64,000 bases of DNA from Okamejei kenojei. Taxonomy: Eukaryota. Position numbers and translations under genes: made by a program. The notes beneath the pieces are model-generated. The model had not been told where the DNA came from. It searched no databases and saw only the letters and a program-made list of their open reading frames with translations. Positions 63,443 through 64,000 of this stretch are shown piece after piece. Location of the stretch: the NCBI GenBank assembly GCA_035221665.1, contig CM069133.1:84444001-84508000 (forward strand). Direction: 5' to 3'. Position 1 is the stretch's first letter; every line of letters starts with the position of its first letter.

Positions 63443-63846
63443 TCTTTCTGGAACACAAAGCAGACCACAGAGAAAATACACACGACCACAGTAAAACACT
63501 TACCTGTCGGCCCGACTTTCAAATTGTAGCGGGAGCGCCTTGAACTCCCGTTCGTCGCGGGTGCACTGCATGAACGCTAATGTCATGCATGCGTGCTGGA
63601 CGGGGTCTTCATGTAGTCACTCAAGTGACTCCGAAATAAAATTAGATCCAGTGCTTCATTCATTGTGGAATGTGCAAAATGGCATGTCATAACCAGATGT
63701 GCATCCAGAATTATAATCATTTGAGAACATAAAATTCACAAGGGAGAAACACCAAAATTCTCTTCTTACATGAACAACATTAAAGAAAATACAATGAAAG
63801 ATTTATTACCAAAATAGAAGATAAATCAGGAAAGATTTTTCAATTG

Positions 63847-63941
63847 TCTGAAGAAGGGTCTCAACCCCAAACATCATCCATTCCTTGTCTCAAGAGATGC
63901 AGCCTGACCCACTGAGTTACTCCAGCCTCTTGTGTCTATCT
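63847..63941 (+). mobile_element. Penelope-like pLTR fragment
   Basis: tctgaagaagggtctcaaccccaaacatcatccattcc...ctgagttactccagc. Confidence 0.8.
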
Positions 63942-64000
63942 AAGATTTTTCCATAGGTTGGTGGATTAATAACAGAATAAATATCTGAAAAATGAAAGGA

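Larger units (their letters stand above)
58799..63642 (-). mobile_element. DIRS1-type retrotransposon, copy B (different subfamily, both termini intact)
   Basis: ITRs at ~58875-58908 and ~63581-63614. ICR 59029-59139 contains the end-to-end junction. AAAAT at both boundaries. Confidence 0.96.

Overview
Eukaryotic, repeat-rich genomic DNA. The repeat content (HE1-type V-SINEs, CR1 LINEs with octamer tails, Penelope-like elements) points to a cartilaginous fish, probably a skate or ray; this is inferred. No intact host coding gene can be supported. Most of the window is decayed mobile elements: CR1 LINEs (two near full length, with an esterase ORF1), Rex1/Babar and L2 fragments, HE1-type SINEs, about 15 Penelope-like pieces with a hammerhead-ribozyme-like core, five non-autonomous Helitrons, two Harbinger-like MITEs, and two end-to-end but mutated DIRS1-type tyrosine-recombinase retrotransposons (42047-47308 and 58799-63642, both minus strand). 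A TE-free island at about 20.5-25.9 kb holds candidate 5' exons and a promoter of an unidentified minus-strand gene. The strongest lead is that the two divergent DIRS copies share splice signals predicting (i) a short intron before gag and (ii) an in-frame splice giving the pol ATG-GAG to the ATG-less recombinase ORF. There are four N gaps.
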